Position numbers and translations under genes: made by a program. The notes beneath the pieces were generated by a model. The model did no database searches. It was not told the DNA's origin and was given only the letters and a program-made list of their open reading frames with translations. Positions 1 to 13,267 of a stretch of 64,000 nt of DNA are shown here, piece after piece (position 1 is the stretch's first letter; each line of letters starts with the position of its first letter). The stretch lies in assembly GCA_964188305.1 (NCBI GenBank), contig OZ076885.1, one strand, 5' to 3'. The stretch comes from Podarcis bocagei. Taxonomy: Eukaryota.

Positions 1-46
1 ATATGTGATGTGTAATGAAAGAGGAAAAATCCCTATGCTGCAATAT

Positions 47-82
<36 letters not shown>

Positions 83-152
83 TTTTTATTTATACCCCGC
101 CCATCTGGTTGGGTTTCCCCAGCCACTCTGGGCAGCTTCCGACAAAAGATTA
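47..152 (-). mobile_element. L2 3' tail with (ATC)n microsatellite
   Basis: Reverse complement of the L2 tail ggaagctgcccagagtggctgggg. Confidence 0.7.
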
Positions 153-757
153 AAAATGATACTGGACTGCTCATATAAGATATTTCCAGATTGGGAAAGA
201 TTTATTATTATTATTCATAAATGGGTCAGAGAGAGGTGGAGATGCTCAGCTGTTTCTGGAATTGTACACTGCCTGCATTTGTCTCTGAACTGCTTTTATT
301 TATTTATGTAGTATATTTAGATCCTGCTCTTCCAACGATGCCCTTCAGGGCAACTGATAATGAAAAAATAAAAACATGCAATGAAAACCCTCAATAAAAT
401 ACACAGAAGGATTAAAAAAAAGAGCATGTTAAAATTGTATTAACTGATGGTTAAAACGGGCTTGTAAAATGAAAACGGGATGGTATTGAAGTAATGGGAG
501 AAAAAGAAAACACGAGGAGCCTCCAGATTTGCAAAGACAAGGCACTGCAGCTAAAAAGTCCCTGTCCTTAGTCACCCCCACCTTAGTTCAGAAAGTGGGC
601 AAGGGAGGAAAATACCCAGATAAAAGACTGTTGTTCAGATAGTTGAGTAACGCAGCGTGGAATTGTTATGTTTTTAGGCAGTGGAGCAACATGGACAAAC
701 ACTCCTGGATTTTTCAGTTCATAATGTAGGAAGCTTGGTCTTTTAAAAGTTAATTTA

Positions 758-1177
758 CCATATTTTTCGCTCTATAGGACGCACTTTTTCCCCTCCAAAA
801 ATGAAGGGGAAATGTGTGTGCGTCCTATGGAGCGAATGCAGGCTTTCGCTGAAGCCTGGAGAGCGAGAGGGGTCGGTGCGCACCGACCCCTCTTGCTCTC
901 CAGGCTTCAGGCAGCTATCCGCAAGCCTTTGGAGCGCTCCGAAGGCTTGTGGATAGTAGCCTGTTCTGGGGGCTGAGGTCGGGGGAAGCTCGGACTTCCC
1001 CCACCCCAGCCCCAGCCCTGCGGCTAAAAACAAAACCAAGACAGCAAGCGGGATCCATCCCGCTCGCTGTCTTGGCTTCTTTGCTCTTTAGGGCTGGGGG
1101 GGGGTTTCTTTATTCCCCCCCCCTAAAAACTAGGTGCGCCCTATGGTCCGGTGCGCCCTATGGAGCAAAAAATACGG
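758..1177 (+). mobile_element. Tc2-like MITE
   Basis: TA|CCATATTTTTCGCTCTATAGG...CCTATGGAGCAAAAAATACGG|TA; homologous to 5073-5429. Confidence 0.82.
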
Positions 1178-1253
1178 TAATTAGATAGTTGTGCTCGCTC
1201 TTTCAAAAGCTGCCCTTCCTAATAGCAAGCTTGTAATCCTTTTCAGTACACTG

Positions 1254-1434
1254 GGTTGTATCCAACACTGTCGTTCCACTTGCAGAACAAAACTTCCCCC
1301 TGCTCTCCCTGTAGGCCCTCAAATTCTGCTTCACAGGGTTGGGGGACCCTCCAGAGCAGATTTTAGGGTTCAGAGAGGAGCAAGAATTCCCATTGCATGA
1401 GCAGAACTCCGCCCACGCAGTGTTGGATACAACC
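1254..1434. mobile_element. Old TIR element (possibly PIF/Harbinger-type MITE)
   Basis: 17-bp inverted repeat GGTTGTATCCAACACTG / CAGTGTTGGATACAACC. Confidence 0.55.
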
Positions 1435-1791
1435 TGTGGTTAACCTTGTCATAACTGCTTAGGAGGCTGTAGTTTTTTGGGGGGGTTGCCCTTTAAACAT
1501 TTTTTTTTTAAGTCTCTTCAAATTCACAACATTTAAAATTCCCCCACAAATACAAAAATTAATCACCAAGTTCAAATTCTGGTGCTTAAACAAACATAAA
1601 ACTGAAAGCTACACAGTATTTACATTTATGTACTAAAAAAAAAATCCTTTCCACAAATGGCTCTATGGAATAGGAAAGCGTTAAGGGTATATGATTGTGC
1701 AATAATTGCACACCTTTGAGTTCTCTGCAAAATAGAATTGAAGCAATTGAAACAAGAAAAGTATCTGCTTGACATTCAGAAATACAACGTA

Positions 1792-2033
1792 CAGTGGTAC
1801 CTCAGGTTAAGTACTTAATTCGTTCCGGAGGTCCGTACTTAACCTGAAACTGTTCTTAACCTGAAGCACCACTTTAGCTAATGGGGCCTCCTGCTGCTGC
1901 CGCGCCGCCGGAGCACGATTTCTGTTCTCATCCTGAAGCAAAGTTCTTAACCTGAAGCATGATTTCTGGGTTAGCGGAGTCTGTAACCTGAAGCGTATGT
2001 AACCTGAAGCGTATATAACCCAAGGTACCACTG
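1792..2033 (+). mobile_element. Tc1/mariner-pogo (Tigger-like) MITE, family A
   Basis: TA|CAGTGGTACCT...AGGTACCACTG|TA; five copies in the window. Confidence 0.9.
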
Positions 2034-2346
2034 TACAGGCGAAGACCATTTCGCACAGGGGTTCCGTTCTCAGTTCCCGAATGTGCATAACTATGCCCTT
2101 TCCTCTGCCGGATCCAAAAGGACCTACATGTTGGCAATCACGTGTCATTTGGACACACCTAAAATGGTCACGTAGAATCCTGGCTGACAGTTTGACTAGA
2201 AATCTGAACCATCGTTTTTCATCCTTGCACGTTTCGGCATTTTCCTTAGTTGTACATTTAAAAAAATAAAAATAAAATGAATGTCAAAAATGTTGCCATT
2301 TCCTGCCACAGCACTGAGTTTTGTGTTTAATTGAGAGAGAAGGTAC

Positions 2347-2504
2347 CTTCAAAGAAATCAAAGTCTTGCAAGTCATCCGGCAGCCGTGGCAGGACGTCAG
2401 AGAAGTCCTCCTGATTCAATTCGAGGTCGTGTGGAATGTCTGTGATTTCATTGGCGATGTCATCTGGCAGCTCATCTGTACTCAGCTCCGGTGTGGAAGG
2501 ACTC
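2347..2504 (-). CDS. INO80D: INO80D coding exon 8 (final coding exon lies beyond position 1)
   Basis: SPSTPELSTDELPDDIANEITDIPHDLELNQEDFSDVLPRLPDDLQDFDFFE; ctgtag / gtacct boundaries. Confidence 0.95.
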
Positions 2505-3139
2505 CTACAGAAACAGAGAAGACAGTCACCCCCGCCCTTTGGTCTGGCACGTGCTGGGCTCTGATCTATTCTGGGATGCCTAGGCCCTTTCTCCACCCCA
2601 CCCCCCTTTTTTGTTTTTTAAACTGTTCCCTCACCAAACTCAACTCTGAATGTATGGAGCTGCTGGAGCTGCCATAGATAAAGCTACTGCAGGATCTGGT
2701 ATGGCTACAACTAAGATTTATATACAGCCCTGTCTCTTTTCTACCTCTGCAGGTGCACAAAAGATGGTACGAGATATTCCTGCTGGTGCAAGAATACGCA
2801 TGGCACACAATCCTATGAATGTTGACTCTCACGCCATGCTGGGTAATGGCTTTACTATGACAGAAGAAATCACTGCACAAATGTGATTTCCAAGAGGGGC
2901 TTAAACATGCATTGAAACTTAAAACAAGTTGCATGCTTCCAATCCTCAATGTTCTTTGGAAAACAGGGAACCCAGGCAGCAGGGATTCCTCCCCCCTGCT
3001 TTATCCACTTTTGGCTAAAATATGAGCAGCAAGTGATGATCTGCTGGGATTCCCTAACTCAGATCCTTGAAATGTCTGCATTGCTCTGAAAGCATAGCTC
3101 CATCCCAGGGCCGCAATGGTCTTAGTGGTAGTATTGGTT

Positions 3140-3413
3140 CCAAGGCGGTTCCCTCATTGCGAGAAGTGAGTTTACAGGGAACCAGGCAGAGGGCCTTCTC
3201 GGTAGTGGTGCCCACCCTGTGGAACGCCCTCCCACCAGATGTGAAGGAAATAAGCAGCTATCTTCTTTTTAAAAGACATCTGAAGGCAGCCCTGTTTAGG
3301 GAAGTTTTTAATATTTAATGCTGTATTGTTTTTAACACTTGATTGGAAGCCGCCCAGAGTGGCTGGGGAAACTCAGCCAGATGGGCGGGGTATAAATAAT
3401 AAATTATTATTAT
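3140..3413 (+). mobile_element. L2 LINE 3' tail
   Basis: Same 3' end as the 12125 and 21465 copies. Confidence 0.82.
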
Positions 3414-4444
3414 ATAAGGAGGATGCCTGACCCAAGGTTCTGGGAGTTGACCTAGAAAATGCATACACACATCTCTTGATCGTAAGAATTAATTGTTATC
3501 TCCAATATTGAAACCCAGGATATAGTTTCCCCCTGGATTAAAAGTCTGCGAGACCCACTTTTAAACAATCTTCCTTCAAACCATAGTTTGTGGAGAAGTG
3601 TGAATACATCCACTGACTTGCATAACGCTCTTCCTGCTCAGTTACTATTTAGACTGGCTTATTAAAGCACTAGAAAGCAGCCATTAAGCCGAGTTCTTTC
3701 ACACTAATTTGTTCTACAGACTCTTCTGGAAAGATGTGAATCAGTCACTTATTTTTCGCTTTTTCAATAATCTGAGACAGTTAAGGGCTGTAAAAAATGC
3801 ACCATTCTGGAGCAAAAGTCTTCTTACTTGGTATGTCAATTTATTAAGGAAGAAGAGAGCTCTAATGCATGAAAAGCGCCATTACATCAGTAGCAGAGTA
3901 TATTACGTCAGGTCATAAAGACTGGCCAAAAATGTCTACAAGTTGGCATGATAAATGCCCCCTGGGGACCCGGCCAGGCAGCAAGGCAGAGCAAATTGGA
4001 AAACAAACAAGTGATCACTCTGCAAGTGTGCAGAATGAGTGTGCACAACCTTTCCCCCTCTCTGCCGCCAGCCATAACCCAGCACTTGTGTGAGAGTAAA
4101 TGTTCATAGGATTATGTGCCATGTAAGACCCACTGTCCTCAAGAGGGCTTGTTTTCAAGCATGTGTGTACAGAACATCGGAGTTGGTTTTCCTATTCCTC
4201 ATATAGGTAGCGTAGACTATGGCTGGAATTTGAGCTAAGGCCATTGTTCTATCAGCGCAAGTGTTTTTGCTTGCCAGACAGAATTATATACCCTCTCCTC
4301 ACCGCCACGTGCTGTTCTGCCGGGGGGGGGGGGGTTGCTAGCACAACTATTAAGCTGAATCTGGACCAATACTCATTTACTTGGCCTATTCTTTTCCAAC
4401 ACTACGATGTCAACTTAGAAAATTAATCATAGCTGGGCTCTGAC

Positions 4445-4662
4445 CGTAAATGGGAGATCTCCATTGGCAGTGAGACGCTGGTGGGCATACTGAGGTTTCC
4501 TTGGGGCACAGCAGGAGGAATCGGTTTTTGGGGACGTCGTGGCCCTCGCCTTCTCTTTTTCTTGTGTTTTTTGGTAAGAGCAGGTGGCTTTGTTTTTTTC
4601 CTGGGTTTCCTCTGCTGCTGGTGCTGGACTTTGCGGGAGCTGTCTCCTCTCAAGAAGTTATC
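4445..4662 (-). CDS. INO80D: INO80D coding exon 7
   Basis: DNFLRGDSSRKVQHQQQRKPRKKTKPPALTKKHKKKRRRGPRRPQKPIPPAVPQGNLSMPTSVSLPMEISHL. Confidence 0.95.
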
Positions 4663-5072
4663 CTTTTTAGAACGAGAATGGAAAACACCAACACTGAACT
4701 GAGAAGCACTTTTCTTTCCTTGCCATTCCAAAGTGTGAACATCTCTATGGCATGCAAGTCGGAACAGACAACGCCTGACACCTTGAAAAGGGAACCACGA
4801 TGCTAAGCAAACCATACTGCCTTTTGTACCACTGGCGGGAAAGAATCCAAAACACATTCAGACCAAACTATTTCCAAATTCAAATCATAAGAGTTTAACA
4901 TGCGGCCTTCAGGAAGTTTAGGACGGCACTGAATCAGAAAGAATGTTCATCAGAGTTCAAGGTGAGAAATGGTCAATTACTTCTCTTTGAAAACGGCTTG
5001 GAGCATCACAATGCCATGTCACCAGGAATCACAGAACTACACACACAAATGCAAAATACAGAGAAGGTATTA

Positions 5073-5429
5073 CGGTATTTTTCGCCCTATAGGACGCACT
5101 TTTTCCCCTCCAAAAATGAAGGGGAAATGTGTGTGCGTCCTATGGGGCGAATGCAGGCTTTTGCTGAAGCCTGGAGAGGGAGAGGGGTCGGTGCGCACCA
5201 ACCCCTCTTGCTCTCCAGGCTTCAGGAAGCTATCCACAAGCCTTGGGAGCCGGTCTCCCAAGGCTTGCAGAAAGCTGCCTGCATCCCGAAGCCTGGGGCA
5301 CGCTGAGTAGTGCGCCCCGGGCTTCGGGCAGCTCTCCGCAAGCCGTGTGAGCCCCGCGCCTGGGGGGGATTCTTTATTTCCCCCCCCCAAAAAAAAAACT
5401 AGGTGCGCCCTATGGGGCGAAAAATACGG
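5073..5429 (+). mobile_element. Tc2-like MITE
   Basis: TA-flanked, CCGTATTTTTCGCCC-type TIRs; first ~170 bp nearly identical to the 758 copy. Confidence 0.82.
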
Positions 5430-6763
5430 TACTTTCAAATGAGTTAACAACCTTCAGATAATGTAATTTTTCGTAGATGGTGTTTGCCATCTTGATATTG
5501 CAAGGTTTCACAAGGTGCTATAATTAAAAGGGATGGATCTTCAAAGTAGATTACATCGGGGTTGCTCCCAAGGGCTGTATTCCCTGTGGCCAAGCTTCCA
5601 TGGGCAGGACAAAAATGAAAGTGAGTGTGGGTAGAGCATGTTGGTGGGGAGGGACCCACAATACACAAACACAAACACACTCTAACCTCCCCCCCCCTTA
5701 GATATGAAAAGCCCCCCGTTAGAGCCAACTGGACCTCCATGAAAATGCCCCATGTTGCATTTAGGCTTGAAAATCTCCTATTGATGGTGCACAGAGGCAA
5801 GGAGGAAACACAGTGGGTATGACGGGGAGCTTCCATGGGTTGAATTTGGCCCACAGGCTAGATCCCCACACGTAGTTTAGGGCAGCCAAAAAACTGAGCT
5901 TTGTGCCAGTAAGAAACTGTCTGGGAAAGTCATCTGGGAATGAGCTAAATTCAGATGCCAGCTATTAGCTTGAGGGCTATGGTGTATGACTTCTTGTGCC
6001 TAGCAAAGGGGAAAGGTTACGTTCAAACCTGTGTGAGGCGGTTTGGAGATTGTCTGGGAAAGAGGAGAGCTTCCGTTTCACTGAGCTACGCAACTGGCAA
6101 AAATAAACTGTGTGAACAAACTGAAATGCTCACGTTTCCACCTTGACAAGGCATTCCAGGAGAATAACCTATAAGCCTATGAGAGGTATCCCAACTAACT
6201 TCATCCATCAGTGCAAGGATTTCTGCTTGTGCAACAGAACTCCCCCTACCCAGTCTTCTCCCACTGTGTACTCCCTGAATCTGCCTGGGGGCTCCCCAGA
6301 ATCAGGCATGAAGATTTAGGGAGGGGGTGGGGGTGGGAAGAAGTTCCACAGTGCAAGCTGAAAGCCTTGTGCTGGTGGAACAAATTAGTTGGATACCGCC
6401 AACAGTCTCTCTGTGTCCTCACAGCAGACATGACAGAGTCACAAAAGAGGACAGACATCATTCTTAAATGCGATCCTATGCACCCTTAACTGGGACTGTT
6501 AAATTCAGGGAGACTCTGTTCCGCATAAGCTTGCATAGGATGAGCGAAGGAGGATCTTTGAAACATTTCCCCATAATCCTTTTGATGAGTTCAGTCAAAG
6601 AAAGGCTGCTGATATAGCATTTTTCTTTGGTTATCATCAGAGCTCACCTTACAGCTTTCTGAAGGGGCCAGAAGCGAAAACTGCATGCTGATGTCATTCC
6701 CCGGCTTGCTGGAAATACTGCTGCCGCTGTTCTTCAAGTATTCTGACTAGCAAATATACTTAC

Positions 6764-6897
6764 CATTTTTTTGGCGTGTTCTTCACACAGGGGGGTCTGG
6801 TGCGTAATGTCAAAAACTGGCACAGAGCATTGCTGTCCGTCTGCAAACTTGGCTGTGCAGCTTGAGAAAAGCTGCTGGGACCGGTTCAAGAGGATAT
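6764..6897 (-). CDS. INO80D: INO80D coding exon 6
   Basis: ILLNRSQQLFSSCTAKFADGQQCSVPVFDITHQTPLCEEHAKKM (not in the ORF track; read manually); donor gtaagt. Confidence 0.95.
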
Positions 6898-7610
6898 CTG
6901 GGTTTCTCTGTGGTCAGGAATAACACACAAAGAGGGGCAGGAGACTGCATGATTTACAGAGAGAGAGTAAGATACCGAACGTTGAATTCTATTCCCAACT
7001 AATATCTCACTTTGGAGCAATTCCTTAAATGTCATTCATGCTGCAGCTACAGAAGATGCGAAGTCAACAGTTAAAAGCAAAAAAACCAACACACACATAC
7101 ACAAAACAACCTGCCATCAAGCAGAATTACTAATGATTTTATAATTTATTAAGATGGGTTTATGGAAGCAGCTATTTTGCTAATGAGTTTGTGTGTCTTG
7201 TTTCCTGGAGATTCTTAATCAATACTGTGATTTTTGGGACAATGCAATCAATAGATTTGCTTTCTAACCAACTAATGAGAATCCATACACAAATATTAAA
7301 AAGAGGATTTCTGTCATCCATTTCTGTCATCTTCCTGCCTTTTTGACAGATGACGCACAGAGGAAGTCAATACAGTGAATCCTGATTCAAAATTATTTTG
7401 TTCAGAAGAGATATATAAACTCAATGCATTTTTAGTCTCTCTCTCTCATCTATTCCTCCCCTCCCTAAATCAGCAGTAGGCATTTTCCTTCATCATGCAA
7501 GTTTACATGATGCAATTTCCTGAGATAGCCACTTCACTTGCTTTCTCCCTGTATTTATTTACCACCATCATTCCCGCCATTGAGGGACACGCTCAACTTT
7601 CTGCTTAAGG

Positions 7611-7716
7611 CAGTCTTTCTCAACCTTGGGTCCCCAGATGTTGTTGGACTACAACTCCCATCATACCTAGCTAGCAGTTGCAGTCCAATCTGTAGACCCA
7701 AGGTTGAGAAAGGCTG
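7611..7716. mobile_element. Short hAT MITE
   Basis: CAGTCTTTCTCAACCTTGGGTC / GACCCAAGGTTGAGAAAGGCTG termini; shares ggactacaactcccatcat with 17644. Confidence 0.75.
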
Positions 7717-8443
7717 ATTTGAGGCATTGGTGGGCCACCTACGGCCTTACATTGTTGAAATTCTAGAATGGCCGGTGTTCAGGGATGGTGGCCACTGTAG
7801 TCCAGCAGAAGCTACAAGGTTCCTGGTTCTCCTTCAACTCTTTAAGAAGTAGTCACAGCCCTAGTCACTCACACAGGGCAGGAGGGGGGAGAGTGGAGAG
7901 CAAGGCTGAGCTTTCAGCCCTACCTCTGATGCTGCAAATTTTTCTTTCAACAGCTGCCTGCAACTTTGCGATGAGGAAGACCAATGCACAACTCCCTGCT
8001 TCCACGTAGGGGCTCTGCATGTTCTGGTCAGCAGCACAATCAGGTGTCCTGAACATGGAGAAACCTCTACTCACCATGAACAGAAACTTCTGCATTGTTT
8101 TTCCTTCTCACACAACCAAGCGCAACGCTTGGCTACTGGGAGAAAGAAGATACGATGTCGGGTGTGAAACTAAAGGCATGGCTTTATGAGAGCAACGCCT
8201 GAATGGAGCCAATGTGATCAAGGGAATGATCATTATTGCAGGTATACAGGGAGCATCATACCTAGGGACTCTTTAGTGGGATAAACACGGGGCAGTGATT
8301 TAGGAGAGACGCACTGGTGAATTATCTCTATGGCAGCTCAAGCAAGGGCTTACGCTGCCTCCTTGTGGCAGTGCTGGCTCATTACAAATGGAGCTTCCTG
8401 CCTGTGAGCTCAGTGGCCTTTTGTGGTGTCCAATCCCAAAGAG

Positions 8444-8613
8444 CAGTGGCGTAGCGTGGGTTGTCAGCACCCGGGGCAAGGCAAGTAATTTGCGCCCCCT
8501 AACCTGTGGATTTGCGCCCCCTAACCTGTGGATTTGCACCCCCTAACCCTAACCCCCAGATGTTGCGCCCGGTGCGGCCGGCCCCCCCCTGCACCCCCCA
8601 CGCTACGCCACTG
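8444..8613. mobile_element. hAT-type MITE with internal 22-bp direct repeats
   Basis: TIR CAGTGGCGTAGCGTGGG; TSD CCAAAGAG / CCACAGAG. Confidence 0.85.
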
Positions 8614-9557
8614 CCACAGAGGCTGCAAGATAAGATATGTCAGTGGACTAACTCACATAACTCGCCAACTCTAGTCTGCAAACAGCCATACCAAGACCAG
8701 CACTTGAAAGCATAGTCAATATTCTGCATGGCACTTTTCTTTCAAACGCTCTGCGCTTGTCGTATCTACAAAAGTCCTTTCATTGATCCCTTTATAATTC
8801 TCAGTTCTTCCTCAATGCCTTGGAGGAACCTTAAACTTAAGGCTAAAGTTGCAATTAGGAAGGGGCGGGGGGGGAAGCTGCAAGAGATATAAGTGAATTT
8901 TGAAGTTGAGGGAGGAGTGGGAAAGAGAACTCATTAAAATTCCGAGCTTGCAGCATTTGGAAACTTTCCTTTCTTTGCTCCTGCAATTTCACGTACTCGT
9001 GCTCATTGTAAGGGCTTCTAACATAAGGACTTTCATTTTCCCTGATCTCTGCCTCTTCTGTCGATACTGCAGAATTATAGGTCTTTCATCTCTTATTCAT
9101 TCTAGGTCATTGTACTACCTCACAGTGCAGATTTCACACCCTGCTGAAACCTTTATAGCAATTTAAGCTGTAAGATAATTCAGACTTTCTGCAGAAACTG
9201 ACAAACCAACCTCACACAGGGCAATGCCAGGCGCATGTGTCCAGTACAGGGACATTTCTAGAAAGCTGTTTGTTCCTCCACCGTGAAGGTCTACCATAGC
9301 CCTAACCAAACAATTCTGACCTGATGCCAGGGATTCGAAGTGAGGACAGATTCAAAGGCTGGCTAGGCCCCTGGATTCTACCTTTGTTTCAGGGTCTCTC
9401 TGCTGCTTCAGAGCTGACACAACTGCACAGGCTTAAGAATGGATTTACCAAGTCTCTCCCATAAGTTGCTAGCTTGAAAAGAAGAACCAGGCCAAGAAGC
9501 TAGCAGGAGCGCCCCCAAAAATACTCGTTGGAAATGGGAGATGGCCATAATTAATTA

Positions 9558-9803
9558 CAGTCGTACCTTGGTTGTCGAACACATTGGTACTCTGACGTTT
9601 TGGCTCCCAAACACCATAAAACCCAGAAGTGAGTGTTCCGGTTTGTGAACATTTTTTGGAAGCCAGACATGGCTTCCACGGCTTCCAATTTGAGTGCAGG
9701 AAGCTCCTGCAGCCAATCGGAAGCTGTGCCTTGGTTTTCGAACCGTTCCGGGAGTCGAACGGACTCCCAGAACGGATTACGTTCAACAACCAAGGTATGA
9801 CTG
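9558..9803. mobile_element. Tigger-like MITE family C
   Basis: TA|CAGTCGTACCTTGGTTGT...ACAACCAAGGTATGACTG|TA. Confidence 0.85.
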
Positions 9804-9853
9804 TACTACGTTTTTAGCCCACAACAGGAACAGGAACACAGTGAAAAAGATAC

Positions 9854-9957
9854 GTTGAAAACAATGTTTAGTGAACGGAAGAGCCTTGTTGGTGCATGGT
9901 TCGCCCTTTGTTGTCCCTCTACATGGTGACACGTCCCTCTGCTTCACTTGGCTTGTG
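9854..9957 (-). CDS. INO80D: INO80D coding exon 5
   Basis: TSQVKQRDVSPCRGTTKGEPCTNKALPFTKHCFQ; tttcag acceptor; donor gtatcttt (U12-like). Confidence 0.93.
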
Positions 9958-10055
9958 CTGAAAGAAAAGGACACCCAAGAAGATTAGCACCCAAAAACGG
10001 AGAAGGCTGGGATATAATGTGCGTGCTGTACTGCCAGGTGTGGGTGGTACTTCAC

Positions 10056-10283
10056 CTGTTCCGAGTACACGAAGCTCTTCGGAGCTCTCGTATCAGCTGC
10101 CCAGCGCACTCCGGCTCTCGGCTGGCTGCCCGCAGCAAGGCTTTCCGGAATGTATGTTGGCATTTCCTCTGGCGAGATTCTGCCCGCTCCAGGCGGCAGA
10201 GGTGCTTGTATTTCTGCTGAAAGTAAGTGCAAAGTTGGGAAATGCGGGAGCTCCTGCCGCTGGCGTCAGCGTCATCATCTGGC
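10056..10283 (-). CDS. INO80D: INO80D coding exon 4
   Basis: PDDDADASGRSSRISQLCTYFQQKYKHLCRLERAESRQRKCQHTFRKALLRAASREPECAGQLIRELRRASCTRN; cacag / gtgaag boundaries. Confidence 0.94.
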
Positions 10284-11066
10284 CTGTGAGATTGCGTGGG
10301 GAGGGAAAAGCAGGTGATCAAGTGGCTGGCACTCAAAACCCAACGTCATCATTCCGCAAACTTGCACTACTGCTATCTTGTCTGTACAGCGCAAGTCCCG
10401 AGTACCTGAAGAAATGTCAGTTTCCACGTCAACCTCCCTGAGCTCTGCATTCATTTTTGGATGGTTTCCCCACATTCACATTGGCTGGCAACTAGGGAGA
10501 AGGCTGCGACACCCCTTTTATGAAAACATCCCCTCTGACAATCTAGCCGACACTAGAGTCCACGCTAATGTCTTTCTATTTTCTCAGGCTTCTACTATTT
10601 GAAAAGTTTTACCGTCTGATTTTGTTGCTGCTTCTGCCCTTCGTGATTTAACTGGGGTGTTTTACTGACTTTGTAATTAATTTTGGCTTGGATCCGGAGT
10701 TGTCACTCCATATATGGAAGGGCTCAGCTCCCCCTTTCCCCTGCAGCTTCAGCACCACTTTTCATGCTTTTCTAAAAGGTTTCCCCTCCCTCTGGAGCAA
10801 ATTCTCAGGGGGAGGGAGTCAAGGGGAAGAAAATTGACTCCCCCTTCCTCACACCAGCAGGAGCATCCTGTAAACAAAGTTCTGCTGATGGGAGAATAGG
10901 ATCTAAGCACTTATGCTTTTTTATTGTCACTATAAAATTGTAATTATTGTAAATATACCTTAAGAATTACAGAACTGATGGGAAGTATAAAAAATAAATG
11001 AAACAGTACCCCCCACCCACTATGAACAAACTGTTGTGGTGGTGCAATGGCCATACTAGTGAAATA

Positions 11067-11290
11067 CAGTGGTACCTCGGGTTACATACGCTTCAGGTTA
11101 CAGACTCCACTAACCCAGAAATAGTGCTTCAGGTTAAGAACTTTGCTTCAGGATGAGAACAGAAATCGTGTTCTGGTGGCACGGCAGCAGCAGGAGGCCC
11201 CAAGCTATAGTGGTGCTTCAGGTTAAGAACAGCTTCAGGTTAAGAACAGACCTCCGGAACGAATTAAGTATTTAACCCGAGGTACCACTG
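11067..11290 (-). mobile_element. Tigger-like MITE family A (inverted copy)
   Basis: Same TIRs and TA TSD; interior is the reverse complement of the 1792 copy. Confidence 0.9.
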
Positions 11291-11899
11291 TACCACAAGT
11301 TGTGATACCATGCAACACAGCAGTTCTTGTGACCAATCCTCTGTTTCTTTGCCATGGCAGCTGCTCCTAGAAATGGACTATAAAATGATGCTTTTGAGAT
11401 AGGAAAAGCAAACACCTCCAGCGAGGACAAGATCACTGATCAAGTTTTGTTATTCTGATTCCGGCCTCTGTTTCTACATTATACATATCTTTTTTTCAGG
11501 TTCAACGGACAAAGACCACCAGCCATTTCTAAAATGTTTGGAGTAAAAATTCAGTGCACGAATGAACTTCCTCTTATGCCACGGGGCTTCACCACCCTCT
11601 CATCTCACCTGCAACCCACTGTGTACCCCCAAAACCTGCGCCAGAGAGACCCCAGCGCTCCAGAGAAGATTTTGGAGGGTTTCAGGGGAGGACGGTGAAG
11701 TCAAGTGGCACAAGTAGACTTCCATCCTGCTTACAGACAGAAAGCTTTGGGGATACAAACCCAAGTTTCTCTGAATACCCTCTTCCACTGTACCTACCCT
11801 CACCTACAGGTAACAGTTTAAAAAACAGCCTGATCTCTGTTTTATTTCATATTCTGCACTTAATTACTCAGTCTTCTGTTCTGAGTTGTATGCACTTAC

Positions 11900-12008
11900 T
11901 CATTCCTGTCATATCTGAGGGCTTCCCGAATAGACCATGCAACCTGGTATGGCGAGGTTTGTTCCAGTTCTTCCAATTCTTCTCCACTGTCTTCTGACCA
12001 GTCCAACC
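11900..12008 (-). CDS. INO80D: INO80D coding exon 3
   Basis: GLDWSEDSGEELEELEQTSPYQVAWSIREALRYDRN; ttttccag acceptor, gtaagt donor. Confidence 0.93.
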
Positions 12009-12124
12009 CTGGAAAAGCATGGAAGGAAGTGAACATTTGTATTTTTAGCCAAATAAAAAGCACTGTTGTGATAGCACAACAGAGGGCCTCATCATAAACA
12101 GGAACCTCATTATAAGTGTATGAA

Positions 12125-12577
12125 TTACCATATAACGCCGGTCTTGAAAGACCTACATTGGCTCCCAGTACGTTTCCGAGCACAATTCAAAGTGTTGGTG
12201 CTGACCTTTAAAGCCCTAAACGGCCTCGGTCCAGTATACCTGAAGGAGCGTCTCCACCTCCATCGTTCTACCCGGACACTGAGGTCCAGCACCGAGGGCC
12301 TTCTGGCGGTTCCCTCATTGCGAGAAGCCAAGTTACAGGGAACCAGGCAGAGGGCCTTCTCGGTAGTGGAACGCCCTCCCACCAGATGTCAAAGAGAACA
12401 ACAACTACCAGACTTTTAGAAGACATCTGAAGGCAGCCCTGTTTAGGGAAGCTTTTAATGTTTGATGTATCACAGTATTTTAATATTCTTTTGGAAGCCA
12501 CCCAGAGTGGCTGGGGAAACCCAGCCAGATCGGCGGGGTATAAGTAATAAATTATTATTATTATTATTATTATTATT
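12125..12577 (+). mobile_element. L2 LINE 3' fragment
   Basis: HITPVLKDLHWLPVRFRAQFKVLVLTFKALNG; (TTA)n tail. Confidence 0.88.
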
Positions 12578-12679
12578 AGAACAAAAAGAGGTGAACCACG
12601 CGTATGGAAGTTTCCCAAACAGCCGCCATCTCGCCCCACCCCGTCAAGGTTATACGGCCACATGTAGGGTTGTTTTTCT

Positions 12680-12995
12680 CACATATGCCTAAATGGCTGT
12701 CACATGGAAGATGTAGCAAGCTTGTTTTCTCCTGCTCTGGAGGGTAAGACCTGAACCCATGGATTCAAGTTACAAGAAAAGAGATTCCGACTAAACGTCA
12801 GGAAGAACTTTCTGGCGGTAAGAGCTGTTCAACAGTGGAATGGTCTCCCTCGGGAGGTTGTGGACTCTCCTTCCCTGGAGGTTTTTATGCAGAGGTTGGA
12901 TGGACATCTGTCTTGGATGCTTTAGCTGAGATTCCTGCATTGCAGGGGGTTGGACTAGATGACCCTTGTGGTCCCTTCCAGCCCTATGATTCATA
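12680..12995 (+). mobile_element. CR1 LINE 3' end
   Basis: agattccgactaaacgtcaggaagaacttt...ggtcccttccagccctatgattc typical CR1 tail. Confidence 0.85.
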
Positions 12996-13267
12996 ATCAC
13001 CACTGCCCTGCAAGGCTAGCTATGCCCCTTCTTCCCCTGGCACCAAGTCCTGGTCTTCTGTGGTCAGGCTTACTAGCACAGACATACTCAGCCACTGTGG
13101 GGCATGGGGATCAAAGGTCCACATCTGAGGTGGAAAAGAGTAATGTGCTCTAGGCTAATTTCTGGCCATGGTCAGTGAACAGCGAAGCATATGAAGATAA
13201 TCTGGATGGAAGGGTCCGTATAAGGAAGAAGGCAACATATTGTTGCTTCATCATTTTTTGTCAGTTA

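Noticed and set aside
1-2346. Final INO80D coding exon (GKNGDLLPT...)
   Set aside because: Not found on the minus strand here; it must lie left of the window.
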